Below, piece by piece: positions 11,274-20,642 of a DNA stretch of 42,314 nucleotides. Every line of letters begins with the position of its first letter. Position 1 is the first letter of the stretch. The stretch is taken from positions 1 to 42,314 of the IMG/VR virus record IMGVR_UViG_3300032327_000597, one strand, 5' to 3'. Source of the stretch: a virus (lineage: Duplodnaviria; Caudoviricetes). Made by a program: the position numbers and the translations under genes. The notes beneath the pieces are model-generated. The model searched no databases, was not told where the DNA came from, and worked only from the letters and a program-made list of their open reading frames with translations.

Positions 11274-12094
11274 CCAATTAACAACTGCTTTATTTCTTCT
11301 TTCATTTCTGCATGTTGAATGATGTTTAGCACTTGATTTCTATGCGTGGTTATCAACAATGCTTCTGCGGCAGCCTGACTCATTCCTCGAGTCTGTAGAT
11401 AATAGGTACGTTCACGATCCATTAGCTCGGTTGCTGTTCCAGTATTGACTCTAGAAGAGTCTGTTTGATTAAACACTTCGGGAACACTGTGGCATAGTCC
11501 TCCTTGCCCTATAATTAGATTTATATTTTCTACTCCTGCTTGAGAGTAATTGGCAGATTTTTCTATATTAACCATGGCTTGATATACAGTTTGACTTTCC
11601 TTGCCAGCTTCGCAAGTGAAGAATTGGTTGCTGACGCTGTACATGCCTGTCTGTTCAATTTTGGTAATGATCTCGCAGTCTCCGCCTACTGTGTTTATAG
11701 CGTGTCCGTAGGCATTGAAATTAGCGCCATCATCGAGAATGACCTGAATAATGTGCTTGTTTAATGTTCCACCTTTGATAAACAGTCCCATATTAATATG
11801 GCCGCCTTCGCGAACTCGAATATCATAGATAAACACCTGCTGTAGTTTATCTGATGCTTCGTTAATAATGGCCAGATCCAGCGTGGCATTTTCACGAACA
11901 TCAATTCGCAAATGCTTGGCCAGCATTTCACGCTCGGTTGGATTTTGTCGTAGGACAATACTGTCTATTTTTCCCTGACCTAATTCGATCATGTTAGCAT
12001 CGATAATTTTAAATTCTTTATCAAAATACTGTTCTGGAGTAAATGCCCAGTCAGGATCGCCTTTTTTTGCTTTAAGAAAGCTCTGAATACCCAT
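11270..12094 (-). CDS. sufD: SufB/SufD-family beta-helix protein (degenerate)
   Basis: C-terminal YYLQTRGMSQAAAEALL matches SufB/D FYLxSRGI. Directly follows sufC. Start set at ATG 12094. Confidence 0.75.
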   Translation of the reverse strand: MGIQSFLKAKKGDPDWAFTPEQYFDKEFKIIDANMIELGQGKIDSIVLRQNPTEREMLAKHLRIDVRENATLDLAIINEASDKLQQVFIYDIRVREGGHINMGLFIKGGTLNKHIIQVILDDGANFNAYGHAINTVGGDCEIITKIEQTGMYSVSNQFFTCEAGKESQTVYQAMVNIEKSANYSQAGVENINLIIGQGGLCHSVPEVFNQTDSSRVNTGTATELMDRERTYYLQTRGMSQAAAEALLITTHRNQVLNIIQHAEMKEEIKQLLIG

Positions 12095-12794
12095 CTTCGA
12101 TGATCCTTGTATAAAGTTCTGTGTCACCTGACATTTTAATTTCACCTGCTACCATAAGGTGTACGTGTGTCGGTTCTAATATTTTTAACAGTGTTTGACT
12201 GTGTGTGATTATTAAAAAACCTCTATCTTTATTTCTCAAATAATCTTTTAATAATATTGCTACTAATACAGCATCTTTATCAGATAACCCAACATCTATT
12301 TCATCTATGATAATCATCTTTGGATCTGATAATATCATATGTATTAACTCATTGCGTTTTGAAGCACTCGCAGTCATGCCCATGCTGTTGGAAATATGAT
12401 CTCCATGGTCTGGACTAAATTCTAATAGTTCACAACATGCCGTATATTTAAGTTGTAAATCAGAAATATCGCTGCCATCTTTACCGTATAGCTCTTCAAT
12501 CAGCTCCCAGTTGGTAAGACTGTCAAACTCTGGTGGATGCTGGGCTGTGACAAATATACCCTGCCGGTATCTAAGTTCTGCTTCTAATGATTCTATCTTT
12601 TTACGTTTAAAAGTAATAGTACCTTCAGTTATTTGTATGCTAGGATGGCCAGCAATGACCTGTGCTAGAGCACTTTTGCCGCTGTGTTTTGGACCCATGA
12701 CAGCATGAATCTCACCAGCTTTGATTTCTAAGTTGACGTTTTGTAACAATGGATTTGATTCAGATACTGCTGTTATATTTTTTATTTTTAGCAT
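12072..12794 (-). CDS. sufC: SufC-family ABC ATPase (divergent signature motif)
   Basis: GEIHAVMGPKHSGKS (Walker A), QHPPE, IIIDEIDVGL (Walker B) and LIITH...PTHVHLM, all in SufC order. Confidence 0.85.
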   Translation of the reverse strand: MLKIKNITAVSESNPLLQNVNLEIKAGEIHAVMGPKHSGKSALAQVIAGHPSIQITEGTITFKRKKIESLEAELRYRQGIFVTAQHPPEFDSLTNWELIEELYGKDGSDISDLQLKYTACCELLEFSPDHGDHISNSMGMTASASKRNELIHMILSDPKMIIIDEIDVGLSDKDAVLVAILLKDYLRNKDRGFLIITHSQTLLKILEPTHVHLMVAGEIKMSGDTELYTRIIEDGYSELS

Positions 12795-12800
12795 GGATTA

Positions 12801-12829
12801 ATTATACTACATTTAGTGGGGTAAATCAA
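12801..12829 (-). promoter_or_regulatory. Sigma70-type promoter, probably leaderless sufC transcript
   Basis: TTGATT-N17-TATAAT with the ATG 6 nt after the -10 box. Confidence 0.7.
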
Positions 12830-13380
12830 CCTTGGGTTGATAGTCGGTTGTTAATAACTGTCCAATCAATGATCTTCCATATGTTGTTTAGATAGGCCTT
12901 TTTATCAGCTTGATAGTCAAGAGCAAAAGAGTGTTCCCACCAGTCGATCAACAACAATATATCTTTCTTGATTTCGTGATTAACTATGGTTTTAATTTTG
13001 CCATCTTGAGCAATATACACCCACCCTGATCCCTGTATACCCATTGCGATCTTTTCAACAGCGGCCTTGCATTTGTCAAAGGTACCAAAATGTGTTTGGA
13101 TAAATTCTAAACTGGCACCTACAGGCTTGTTTGATCCGCTAGGAGATTTGAATTGGCTAAAGTAGATAGAATGTAAAAATGCTCCTGCTTCATTGAAGTC
13201 AGCATCTCCTTCCCCTGCATTAAATCGATCAACATAGCCTTTATACAGTTTGCCATAATGATAGTCTATAGTCTGTTTGCTCAGGCTACGACCTAGCCCA
13301 TCGCGTGGGTAGCTCAGAGGAAACTGCTCCAGCTTCTTAATGTCCTTGCCTTCTACTACATATTTGATAAAATTAAACAT
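12826..13380 (-). CDS. sod: Fe/Mn superoxide dismutase
   Basis: YHYGK...YV, LHSIYF, GSGWV and DWWEHS motifs retain the four metal ligands. Start set at ATG 13380. Confidence 0.9.
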   Translation of the reverse strand: MFNFIKYVVEGKDIKKLEQFPLSYPRDGLGRSLSKQTIDYHYGKLYKGYVDRFNAGEGDADFNEAGAFLHSIYFSQFKSPSGSNKPVGASLEFIQTHFGTFDKCKAAVEKIAMGIQGSGWVYIAQDGKIKTIVNHEIKKDILLLIDWWEHSFALDYQADKKAYLNNIWKIIDWTVINNRLSTQG

Positions 13381-13585
13381 GGCTCTTTTTATGGTTAAAT
13401 ATTCTGTTAAACGGTCAATAGGACATCTGAGGATCCGCAAGCAAAGAATTTTTCCTATTTCTTCTTATAGCACAGCCAATGTGGCTCAACGGCGAATCAG
13501 CGTTTGACACCTAATTCTTTTTTTGTACTATGGTTATTTATAGGCTTAAATAAAGTACATACATTTTTATATAAGGAAATTTAAA

Positions 13586-13825
13586 ATGGAAATCATCATT
13601 GGACTTGTTGTTATTGCTGTAGTTGCTTACTTTGTATTCTTTCGTAAGAAAGAAGAAATTGTAGAAGCCGCTCCATACAAAGTAGAAACACCAGTTGTAG
13701 TTGCTGAACCAGTTGTAGTTGCTGAACCAGTTGTTGAAGTGAAAAAAGCTACTCGCAAGCCTAAAGCAACAGGCGACAAACCAGTTGCCAAAGCCAAGAC
13801 CACTCGTAAGCCTAAAGCAAAGTAA
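13586..13825 (+). CDS. Small membrane-anchored protein with PVVVAE repeats and Lys-rich tail
   Basis: N-terminal TM helix, 18-bp tandem repeat, AAGGA RBS and upstream TAAATA. Confidence 0.75.
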   Translation: MEIIIGLVVIAVVAYFVFFRKKEEIVEAAPYKVETPVVVAEPVVVAEPVVEVKKATRKPKATGDKPVAKAKTTRKPKAK

Positions 13826-14849
13826 GAGATTTAGCCTGCTCGGCTAGAGCAAATGATGCAAGATTTTTCCCCTTGCTCTCTGCCATGATATCGTGTGTGT
13901 TGAGAAACCCCAGAGCCCATTCATTTACTGGTGTATTCCAGTAGAGTTCTGAATGGGCTCTCATCTTTTGTTTCTTAAATCCCTGTTCTAATAGCTTTTT
14001 ATAATCTGGCATTATATTAGGATTATGATCTACAAGATAGTCCTCTCTACTAATACTGTAGTGCATAGTGGGCCTAACACCGCGCCAGCTGTCTAGTAGT
14101 CTTGACATCCTAGGATCGTTGGGCTGAATATATTCTCCCTCACGTATCCAGAAATGGTGTACGTCTAAGACCGTGGGTATGATATCACTGAGACTAAGGC
14201 AGTCGTCGAGTCCCCATGAGTTTTCTTCGTTTTCAAGTGTAAGACAATTACGTGCTTCTGGGCTAAGCCGCTTATATGCTTCTCTAATACCTTCAGGACC
14301 TCGCTTGCCGCTGATATGTACATTAATTTTAAGGTCCTGGAACTTTTGTCCATAGCCCATCCAACGAGCCATATTGGCATGATACTCAAACTCCTCTATT
14401 GATCGTTCCACTATACCTGGATTTTCACTCGCCATTACTGTAAACTGTCCGGGATGGAAAGACAATCTAACATTGCGAAGCCTAGCATGATCACCCACCT
14501 GCATGAAATGTTTCTCGCAGTAGGCAACAACATCTGGACGAAGCCAAAAGTAAGACCAATCGCGCTGAGTATAGACGGGAAGTATGTCGCTACTGATACG
14601 CACCATTCGAAGATGTTTTTCTAGGCCGCCTACCTTTTCTATAAGTTTATAAATGGCGCTGAGATTGTGTACCATGATATCCCAAAGCCGCTGTTCTGCT
14701 ACTTCTTTAGTCTGTCGGTTTAGCCAAGCTACTGTAGTGGTAGTAGTATTGAGCTCTCTGTCAGCGGCATTGATTTTCATGCCATCGATTTCGCTGGGAT
14801 CAGTGATCCATTTACAAGGAAATCCTATACGTTTAAGTGTCTGTGTCAT
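13812..14849 (-). CDS. uvsE: UV-damage endonuclease
   Basis: RISSD, RLSFHPGQF, LENEE, LDVHH, HYS and AHS motifs of UvsE/UVDE. Confidence 0.92.
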   Translation of the reverse strand: MTQTLKRIGFPCKWITDPSEIDGMKINAADRELNTTTTTVAWLNRQTKEVAEQRLWDIMVHNLSAIYKLIEKVGGLEKHLRMVRISSDILPVYTQRDWSYFWLRPDVVAYCEKHFMQVGDHARLRNVRLSFHPGQFTVMASENPGIVERSIEEFEYHANMARWMGYGQKFQDLKINVHISGKRGPEGIREAYKRLSPEARNCLTLENEENSWGLDDCLSLSDIIPTVLDVHHFWIREGEYIQPNDPRMSRLLDSWRGVRPTMHYSISREDYLVDHNPNIMPDYKKLLEQGFKKQKMRAHSELYWNTPVNEWALGFLNTHDIMAESKGKNLASFALAEQAKSLTLL

Positions 14850-14855
14850 ACATTA

Positions 14856-14884
14856 ATTATAACACAGATTTTGGTAAAAATCAA
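14856..14884 (-). promoter_or_regulatory. Sigma70-type promoter, probably leaderless uvsE transcript
   Basis: TTGATT-N17-TATAAT with the ATG 6 nt after the -10 box. Confidence 0.65.
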
Positions 14885-15330
14885 CCTTCGTATATAGCCG
14901 AATTAGCACCGTGTTCAGCACATTCGACTCGCACACAATAGCAACGACCTTTGGATTCTTTGCGTATCAATCGATCTGCAAAATTAAAAGCATGTTCGGC
15001 AAACTTTTCTGCGCCTACACCATCAAAGATCCTGGTTTCCGCTAGACCCAATGCTTCCAGTTCCTGGAACTTGGCCAAGTGTGGATCAGAACGATCCAGA
15101 GCCAGCTTGTGATCAAAGCTATCCTCTAACCAGGCCTTGAGCTTTTTAAGACCACCAAAGTCCACTGCCCAATTCTTATCATCTAGATGATCACAGCCAA
15201 ATGTAAATGTGAATGCCAGACTATAGCCATGTAGTAGATGACAGTGACTGTGATCTGCGTTTGGTTGGCGGAATACGGCACTTAGCCCGATGTTATGTCC
15301 ATAATGCTTTGTTGAATAATACTTTGCCAT
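14881..15330 (-). CDS. queD: 6-carboxy-tetrahydropterin synthase (PTPS/QueD family)
   Basis: CHLLHGYS, VDFGGLK, FDH and C-terminal EHGANSA motifs. Confidence 0.85.
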   Translation of the reverse strand: MAKYYSTKHYGHNIGLSAVFRQPNADHSHCHLLHGYSLAFTFTFGCDHLDDKNWAVDFGGLKKLKAWLEDSFDHKLALDRSDPHLAKFQELEALGLAETRIFDGVGAEKFAEHAFNFADRLIRKESKGRCYCVRVECAEHGANSAIYEG

Positions 15331-15432
15331 TGTTGTCTCCTTAAGATTAGCAATGACACGCAGAGTTTATATTCCGGGATGAGCGTCCTAGTCCGGATAT
15401 AACTATTATAACACCTGTATTTAGATTGTCAA
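15331..15432 (-). promoter_or_regulatory. Sigma70 promoter plus structured 5' leader of queD
   Basis: TTGACA-N16-TATAAT (15405-15432), then a hairpin with arms 15365-15377 and 15393-15403, then an AGGAG RBS. Confidence 0.7.
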
Positions 15433-15747
15433 CTATTGCTTGAAAGTTTTTCTGACTTGGTCTTTGATTTCTCGAACTTCTCGAACAATATCCATTAGGA
15501 TTTCAGTTTCTTCTTTTCTAAAATTGATAAAACACCGAATAACTCTCATAGTCCAATACCACCAAACAACCGCCAATATCAGTGAAAGGGAAACAATAGC
15601 CCAGCCTAATTTTAGATCGTGGACGGTCTGCCATTCAAATATTATATATCCGATAGTGGAGGTTACAACGGCGCTGAGCATTAGCCACCAGCGTCTTTGA
15701 ATTTCGATACGTTTTAAATCTGTTATATGTCTTGTTAATGTTTTCAT
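15433..15747 (-). CDS. Hypothetical two-TM membrane protein
   Basis: 104 aa with two hydrophobic helices; AAGGA RBS. Confidence 0.7.
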   Translation of the reverse strand: MKTLTRHITDLKRIEIQRRWWLMLSAVVTSTIGYIIFEWQTVHDLKLGWAIVSLSLILAVVWWYWTMRVIRCFINFRKEETEILMDIVREVREIKDQVRKTFKQ

Positions 15748-15837
15748 TTTAATTTCCTTGTAGTGAGCCTATATATGCCTGATGAGAATTTTGTCCCCAT
15801 ACTCATAATTATCTCACTTATCAAGGAAATTAAACTA

Positions 15838-16470
15838 TCATAGATTATCTGTTGGGCGTTTACTTACAATCTGATCAGCAAGACCATATGCAACTGCTTC
15901 TTCAGAACTTAAAAATGTATCGAATTTCATGGTTTCAAAAAGTTCTTCGTAGGTCTTGCCCGCAGTATTATGACGAACATATAATTCTGTTAGGCGTTTA
16001 TTGATACGGACTGATTCTTCGAAGGATCGTTTGGCATCTTCAAACTGCAGATCCTGCACATGTACGCTGCCACGTGTGCCGGGTGTACCCGAGCTAACAC
16101 GATGTATCATTGTGCGGGCTTCTGGCAATACAAATCTCTTGCCGGGTGCTCCTGCTTGTGCTAGAAAACTACCCATACTACAGGCCTGACCCATAACATA
16201 GGTTGCCACGTCCGGTTTAATAAACTGCATAACATCATAAATGCTCAAACCTGATGATACAGCGCCGCCTGGTGAGTTAATATAGAAGTTAATGTCCTTT
16301 TCTGAATCCTCTGATTCTAAAAACAGCAACTGAGCTACGATTACGTTAGCTGAATGATCATCAACTGGACCGTTTAAGAACACAATACGTTCTTTGAGCA
16401 AGCGGCTATAAATGTCATAGGCACGTTCGCCACTGCTTGTTTTTTCTACCACCATTGGGATAAGGCTCAT
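15838..16470 (-). CDS. clpP: ClpP protease proteolytic subunit
   Basis: [28 protein letters not shown] (Ser), MIH (His) and DTFLS (Asp). Confidence 0.95.
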   Translation of the reverse strand: MSLIPMVVEKTSSGERAYDIYSRLLKERIVFLNGPVDDHSANVIVAQLLFLESEDSEKDINFYINSPGGAVSSGLSIYDVMQFIKPDVATYVMGQACSMGSFLAQAGAPGKRFVLPEARTMIHRVSSGTPGTRGSVHVQDLQFEDAKRSFEESVRINKRLTELYVRHNTAGKTYEELFETMKFDTFLSSEEAVAYGLADQIVSKRPTDNL

Positions 16471-16667
16471 TTTGTTTCCTTTTTAATTTTACGACATTCT
16501 TCTCTCATAGCAGGAGTAAAGTCTAAACTAATCTCTGCTATACTACAATCATACACTGCTTTCTGATCAGGTAGTAGATTACTAATACCATATAATAATC
16601 CGCACATTGCCAAAAACAATGCCGCCAGCGTCGGCCACATGATCAAATGTTCTTTTAATGATGTCAT
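16467..16667 (-). CDS. Hypothetical membrane protein
   Basis: 66 aa with a TM helix; coupled to neighbouring genes. Confidence 0.65.
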   Translation of the reverse strand: MTSLKEHLIMWPTLAALFLAMCGLLYGISNLLPDQKAVYDCSIAEISLDFTPAMREECRKIKKETK

Positions 16668-16948
16668 TACGTGCTCACATGTTTAATAAACTTAAACATG
16701 TCCTTTGGATTTTTTGGTTCCCAAAATCTTCCTTCTTTACTACAGGCTCCGTCACGTGCTCGAGCCATTCCGGGACTATCAAAATGCCCTTTAGTAACTT
16801 GTTCTCCTAATACAGGATCAAACTCACGCTTTTCTGGTACCCATGCTTTTAAGCACACTCCTCGGTATCTTGCTGAAGAAGAAATAAACCAATCAGCTAC
16901 AGTAACCTTACGATGCTTGCAATCTAAACATCTAACTAGTTCTGTCAT
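16667..16948 (-). CDS. Hypothetical Cys-containing protein
   Basis: 93 aa with CLDCKH; start/stop overlaps with neighbours. Confidence 0.7.
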   Translation of the reverse strand: MTELVRCLDCKHRKVTVADWFISSSARYRGVCLKAWVPEKREFDPVLGEQVTKGHFDSPGMARARDGACSKEGRFWEPKNPKDMFKFIKHVST

Positions 16949-17127
16949 TCAAACGCACCTTCCATATCCTGTTGCACCATATCGAACATTGAACTATAAC
17001 AGGTTGGGCAAAATGCTACAGGTAACATTCCAAAGTAGCCTTGTACTCCACCTTCGTCGTCGGTAAACTCACATGAGCATACATTACATTTGTGGGTACT
17101 ACCCACGTGTTCTAGTCCTAGTATCAT
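16945..17127 (-). CDS. Hypothetical zinc-ribbon protein
   Basis: 60 aa with CNVC...CPTC. Confidence 0.7.
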   Translation of the reverse strand: MILGLEHVGSTHKCNVCSCEFTDDEGGVQGYFGMLPVAFCPTCYSSMFDMVQQDMEGAFE

Positions 17128-17318
17128 TCTTTCACTCCGAAATGTTCTCTAATCTCATCGCCCATAGTTCCGCCACCATCCTTACGCTCACGCAGGATAT
17201 TATCTACCTTGCCAGCACATTCCTCAACAATCAACTCGGCAAACTTTTCAATATCAAATCGTTCACCTTGCTCGTCAGTAAATGACCGACTTACGAGTTT
17301 TTTAATGCGTTGGTTCAT
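17124..17318 (-). CDS. Hypothetical protein (MNxRI...EKFAELIV.EC phage family)
   Basis: 64 aa; paralog of 21803-22015. Confidence 0.75.
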   Translation of the reverse strand: MNQRIKKLVSRSFTDEQGERFDIEKFAELIVEECAGKVDNILRERKDGGGTMGDEIREHFGVKE

Positions 17319-18505
17319 TTGAATACTTTCAATATCATTACTTCTGCGTTAATACGTCCATTGAGTGCTACCTCAGTGGCCTTGATGTTACCAATCCATG
17401 TTTCTACACGTTTCTGCGTATTCTGTTCCTTAAACTCTCGCAACTGTATCTCTGGCTTGCGAAGCGTCTTTTGTGCGCTCTTGTCTGTAAAGTTATCAAT
17501 ACTAGTGCCTTTAACAGTAAGTCCTGCGCTTGTTTTAGCCTGATAATATCCAATCTTACGCGACTTCGTATTGTACACTACACAGGCACTGGCACCGATG
17601 ATCTGTACAGATGGTACGCTGGTAACACCTAACTTGTCATCTGTTGCTTTGAATTTAAGTTTGGCAACCAACTTCTCTGCTGGAACTGCTTTCTTAGCAC
17701 GAGGGGCCTTGTTGAGTTTAGCCTCGCCAATGATCTGATCGCACCCTGACATAACTGCCTGTAGGAACTCTTGCATTTTCTTAAGATTCTTTTTGCCGTA
17801 ATGCTCGTATGCTTCTGCTAGTTGTTCTTCACAGTCTTTAGTCTGTGCTTCTTCAATTTCTGCAAGCATAGACTCGTAAAAACCCTTAACCATACGAGCG
17901 TGAGCTGGCTTAACACCCTTGCCACGCAACAATGAAACAACCTTAAATGCCTTTGGATCAAACGTTTCTGGATCCATAATCCACGCATCAATGGCCGCAT
18001 CTAAGTCTTCAGTCATTTGTCCAGCGGCATCACGCAGGCGTTCTTGGATACTAGGAACATATACTGCGGGCCTGGCGGCTTCGAGAGCAGCAACTGCTTC
18101 CTCATCAATGTCGTTACGGCCTTCGTTGATAATCTTAGCAATCTCACCACGCAACCATTCTGCTGTGTCACGACCGTCATTAAAATCCACTCGCTGTTCC
18201 GGCATACCTTTGAGCAGGCAAGCAGCAATAGCACCAACAGTACCATTACAGCGATTATCTTTGGTTTTCTTAAATGCTGAGATTTCAGACTTGGTGTATT
18301 CATTACGAGCCATCCAATCGATAACCTTTGGCTTCAACTCTTTGGCAGTTTTTTCCAAACGATACCAATCCATAGCACTTTTAAATTTACGATGGAATTC
18401 ATTTGCCAGTAACGCTTCGCAACCATCCCATTTTGGACTATGATCCTTGCTACGAGCTTCACGAATATCTACTGAAGTAATGCGTTTCTTTTTTGCTACT
18501 GCCAT
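17315..18505 (-). CDS. Hypothetical basic protein (396 aa)
   Basis: ATG 18505 with AGGAG RBS and its own sigma70 promoter. Confidence 0.85.
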   Translation of the reverse strand: MAVAKKKRITSVDIREARSKDHSPKWDGCEALLANEFHRKFKSAMDWYRLEKTAKELKPKVIDWMARNEYTKSEISAFKKTKDNRCNGTVGAIAACLLKGMPEQRVDFNDGRDTAEWLRGEIAKIINEGRNDIDEEAVAALEAARPAVYVPSIQERLRDAAGQMTEDLDAAIDAWIMDPETFDPKAFKVVSLLRGKGVKPAHARMVKGFYESMLAEIEEAQTKDCEEQLAEAYEHYGKKNLKKMQEFLQAVMSGCDQIIGEAKLNKAPRAKKAVPAEKLVAKLKFKATDDKLGVTSVPSVQIIGASACVVYNTKSRKIGYYQAKTSAGLTVKGTSIDNFTDKSAQKTLRKPEIQLREFKEQNTQKRVETWIGNIKATEVALNGRINAEVMILKVFK

Positions 18506-18537
18506 TTTCAACTCCTGTTTTGTTAGTGTATGTATAT

Positions 18538-18566
18538 ATTATACAGTCACTCTTTGGTTTTGTCAA
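18538..18566 (-). promoter_or_regulatory. Sigma70 promoter
   Basis: TTGACA-N17-TATAAT. Confidence 0.85.
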
Positions 18567-18930
18567 GCGGAACCCAGCCTAATTTTTGGAGATCTTCACG
18601 TATTTCGTCCGTAATAGTGCCTTCTGGAACGTACTTATTTTGGACATAATAGGAGTCTTCTTGATCGCTAGAAAAGGCATGTATGCCTGAACAGTACCAA
18701 TCCATATAGTCGCTCTCTTTTCGGATACGGGCAACTATGCCACCAGCTGATCTCCAACTACAGGCCCACGTTTCTTCTTTTAGGATTGGAACTACTTCGA
18801 GTTTTTGGAACTCGTTATTACACAGAGCCGCATAGAGATTTTGGCTAAATGATTTGCTGGCTCTGATCTTGTTTCGAAACCATTCAGACAGGTACATGTC
18901 CTCTTCTAGGTCTGGACGGTTATCTAGCAT
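18547..18930 (-). CDS. Hypothetical protein
   Basis: Start set at ATG 18930; contains WACSWRSAGGIVA...DWYCSG. Confidence 0.75.
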   Translation of the reverse strand: MLDNRPDLEEDMYLSEWFRNKIRASKSFSQNLYAALCNNEFQKLEVVPILKEETWACSWRSAGGIVARIRKESDYMDWYCSGIHAFSSDQEDSYYVQNKYVPEGTITDEIREDLQKLGWVPLDKTKE

Positions 18931-19075
18931 CTCTGTTAAAGATATTTTTAAAAAACTCAATTAAATTATAAAATCTCTTTTGATATTCTGAGATCATTGG
19001 AGCATGATGTGGGCAACGACCCTGACGATGGTTGCAATCTTCGGAGTATTCATTACCACAAGTTTTACAAATCAT
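18920..19075 (-). CDS. Small Cys/His-rich hypothetical protein (51 aa)
   Basis: Hand-translated MICKTCGNEYSEDCNHRQGRCPHH...; GGAG RBS; fills the intergenic gap. Confidence 0.6.
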   Translation of the reverse strand: MICKTCGNEYSEDCNHRQGRCPHHAPMISEYQKRFYNLIEFFKNIFNRDAR

Positions 19076-20252
19076 TTGGATCTCCTTGTGCGATTACTAT
19101 TCTATCTAATGATGTAGCTGGATCCCAGGGTTGACAATACTTGGCACGATTAGCTTTCCCTTCTTTAGTATCCGGATCATAATCAATCCAACTGAAGTCT
19201 GTGCCGTTACAGTCAGGACAATGCTCATCAAAATTTTCATCAGTAATTCGAGCATCACTCTTACCGATCCACTCACACTCTTTATTATCACAAACGATAT
19301 TAGGTGGTTCTGGTGGTTGGTTGACCCACGAGCTTGTGTCCCAGTTATAACCAGACCAAGACTCTACCCCCGATTCTGGTTTAAACTTGCCGTATTCCCA
19401 TTCGCCAAACTCTGTGCCATTCCAGTACAGCGACCCGGTAGTGGTGCCATAATTTTTCCATACAGCATTGTAATACCCTGGGATAGTGGGTTTTTGTTTA
19501 GCAAATTTAAATGTCTTAGACTGTTCCCAAGAGCTTGGGCTTGTACCATACTCTGGATGGCCCCAATCTTTCTCTTCCGGATTATAAGTTTCCCATGTGT
19601 TACTGTCTATCACAACATACATGCCAAAGTCTGAACTCTTACCGTCTGTGCCGCCACCATTGTTGTCGATATCTTCGCCGTTGTACTGCACACAGTTGAC
19701 CAGTTCCTCGCCGTCAATCTCATCGTATTGTAAGGTCAGTTTAGTGATGTCAAACGGTGCAGTCAGTTCAATCTCACCTTCAAAGAATGTGCCCTTTTCG
19801 TTACTAGTACCAATAAACACCACAGTACCAGCAGGTTTACTACCGATCCATGCTTCATCAAAGCAACTCCATTCAGGTTCATCATCTGCGCCGCCGGTAA
19901 TATCATCTAAAGACTTTTCAAAAACTACGTTGCCGTTTTCATCTTCAATTTGCAGTGTACCAGCATTTCGGCTAACACCGTTAGTATGTGCCATGTTATC
20001 ACACTCATACCACGAACCTGGGGGGAATGGCAACATGTCGATATCAAGATTCATTTCTTCTTGGACAGTGTCTTCATCGCCCCAAGCAATTTCAGAAAGG
20101 TCAACACAATTTTCTAAACAATAATCGTATACTTCACGACTGACTGTTCCCATGACTTTTTCACCACCGTATCCCCACATGCTAATTTTATAGGTCCGTG
20201 GAGTAAATTTAAGTACTTCTATTAACTGCTGTTTTTGTTCTTGAGTTGCCAT
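19065..20252 (-). CDS. Hypothetical acidic Trp-rich protein with C-terminal zinc ribbon
   Basis: 395 aa; CDNKEC...CPDC near the C-terminus. Confidence 0.85.
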   Translation of the reverse strand: MATQEQKQQLIEVLKFTPRTYKISMWGYGGEKVMGTVSREVYDYCLENCVDLSEIAWGDEDTVQEEMNLDIDMLPFPPGSWYECDNMAHTNGVSRNAGTLQIEDENGNVVFEKSLDDITGGADDEPEWSCFDEAWIGSKPAGTVVFIGTSNEKGTFFEGEIELTAPFDITKLTLQYDEIDGEELVNCVQYNGEDIDNNGGGTDGKSSDFGMYVVIDSNTWETYNPEEKDWGHPEYGTSPSSWEQSKTFKFAKQKPTIPGYYNAVWKNYGTTTGSLYWNGTEFGEWEYGKFKPESGVESWSGYNWDTSSWVNQPPEPPNIVCDNKECEWIGKSDARITDENFDEHCPDCNGTDFSWIDYDPDTKEGKANRAKYCQPWDPATSLDRIVIAQGDPNDL

Positions 20253-20267
20253 GATATAACCTTTCCG

Positions 20268-20642
20268 TTATTTGATAATAGTTAACTGCACTTGTTTAAA
20301 CTCTTCCGGAGTCATTAACTTCCAGCCTGTCTGTGCCGCTACTCCGCCAACATCTTCTAGCAAAAATATGTGCTCAGGAAATCGAAATTTAAGTACTGCA
20401 ATTACTTCTTCAGTAGTACTGCCCTGCCCTAAAAAGTGATGACTATCAGCATCATACCAATATTCAATATCGTCACGCTTTTCTATCTTAACCTGATGGA
20501 TAATTTCTTGTAGTTTTTTAAGAACATCAACTCGCTCTTGTAGTTTTACAATGGTAAATGCGTCCATAATACCCAAACAGATTTGATTGACAATCCACAT
20601 GACTACACCTATTAAAACAAGCTCGCCGATACTCAAGTCCAT
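20268..20642 (-). CDS. Hypothetical protein with N-terminal TM helix
   Basis: 124 aa in operon context. Confidence 0.75.
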   Translation of the reverse strand: MDLSIGELVLIGVVMWIVNQICLGIMDAFTIVKLQERVDVLKKLQEIIHQVKIEKRDDIEYWYDADSHHFLGQGSTTEEVIAVLKFRFPEHIFLLEDVGGVAAQTGWKLMTPEEFKQVQLTIIK

